NCBI GenBank assembly: GCA_008632985.1
Contig: QPGO01000023.1
Location: 795,111 to 815,110, forward strand
Direction: 5' to 3'
DNA length: 20,000 nucleotides
From: Psammoneis japonica
Lineage: Eukaryota
Made by a program: the position numbers and the translations under genes. Each line of letters opens with the position of its first letter. Positions within the stretch are counted from its first letter, which is position 1. Below, in pieces: positions 19,522 through 20,000 of this stretch. The notes below the pieces were generated by a model that saw nothing but the letters and a program-made list of their open reading frames with translations, made no database searches and had not been told where the DNA came from.

Positions 19522-20000
19522 CTATATTTTCATTTCTAAAGCGCAGATTATGAAATAGAGTAGAAGACAAGGTAGGTTGCGAGTAGTACCCATAATCCAT
19601 AATAATTTGTTGCATCCATACAACGTATGCAATTGAGAGTCATGATTCGTTTTTCCAGAAACACCAGGAAGCCTCGTTACTGCCATGATCCCAGAACGCG
19701 CCGAAGTGGGTTTCTCGTCATTGGTCATCTAGTAGAACTGATAGTAGCGCGTAGCACAGTCAAATCCTGCACGTCCCTCTTATCCTGGTCGCAACAGGAC
19801 ATGAATAAAACCCAAGCACAACTCGCTTCTCATCGACCTAGATAATTGGGAAGTCCACCGACGAACTAACTAAAGTAAGAAAGTAAACTGCCCAACCAAC
19901 CCCAACAATGGCAACGAGGAAAGTGCGCATTTCATTGCTAAACCAGATGCCTCCTTTAGGGTCATTTCAAGTAATGACGATGATTGGATTATAGCTTACT

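Noticed and set aside
19908..20000. Possible start of a further gene (caacaATGGCAACGAGGAAA followed by GTGCGC)
   Set aside because: Plausible start context and donor site, but too little sequence to support a call.
1..20000. A functional gene cluster spanning the whole window
   Set aside because: Functions are mixed (repair, ribosome biogenesis, cohesion, carotenoid, protease), as expected for a compact eukaryotic genome. No pathway clustering is supportable without synteny or expression data.

Overview
Gene-dense eukaryotic nuclear DNA with short GT-AG introns (75-125 nt), most consistent with a diatom or other photosynthetic stramenopile (one gene has a signal peptide plus Phe-type bipartite plastid presequence). 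In order: a GC-rich FAD-binding (PCMH/VAO-type) oxidoreductase running off the left edge (-, missed by the ORF track), SLX1 endonuclease (+), a small membrane protein (-), RIO1 kinase (-), an uncharacterised helical protein with a 54-aa tandem repeat (+), the cohesin loader SCC2/NIPBL with an internal PHD finger (-), a divergent 308-aa unknown protein with a basic C-terminus (+), a plastid-targeted DWARF27-like beta-carotene isomerase (-), and a secreted S8 subtilisin with two Cys-rich repeats and a GPI-like tail (+). Nine apparent single-base deletions break four genes and are most likely assembly errors. I found no RNA genes, CRISPR arrays or mobile elements. The best leads are the 54-aa (about 8 nm) repeat protein with regularly spaced R-x-S-hydrophobic sites, the PHD finger in a non-plant SCC2, and a possible PAXX/XLF-like protein sharing an E2F-motif promoter with SCC2. 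All family calls come from motif recognition by eye; no database search was run.
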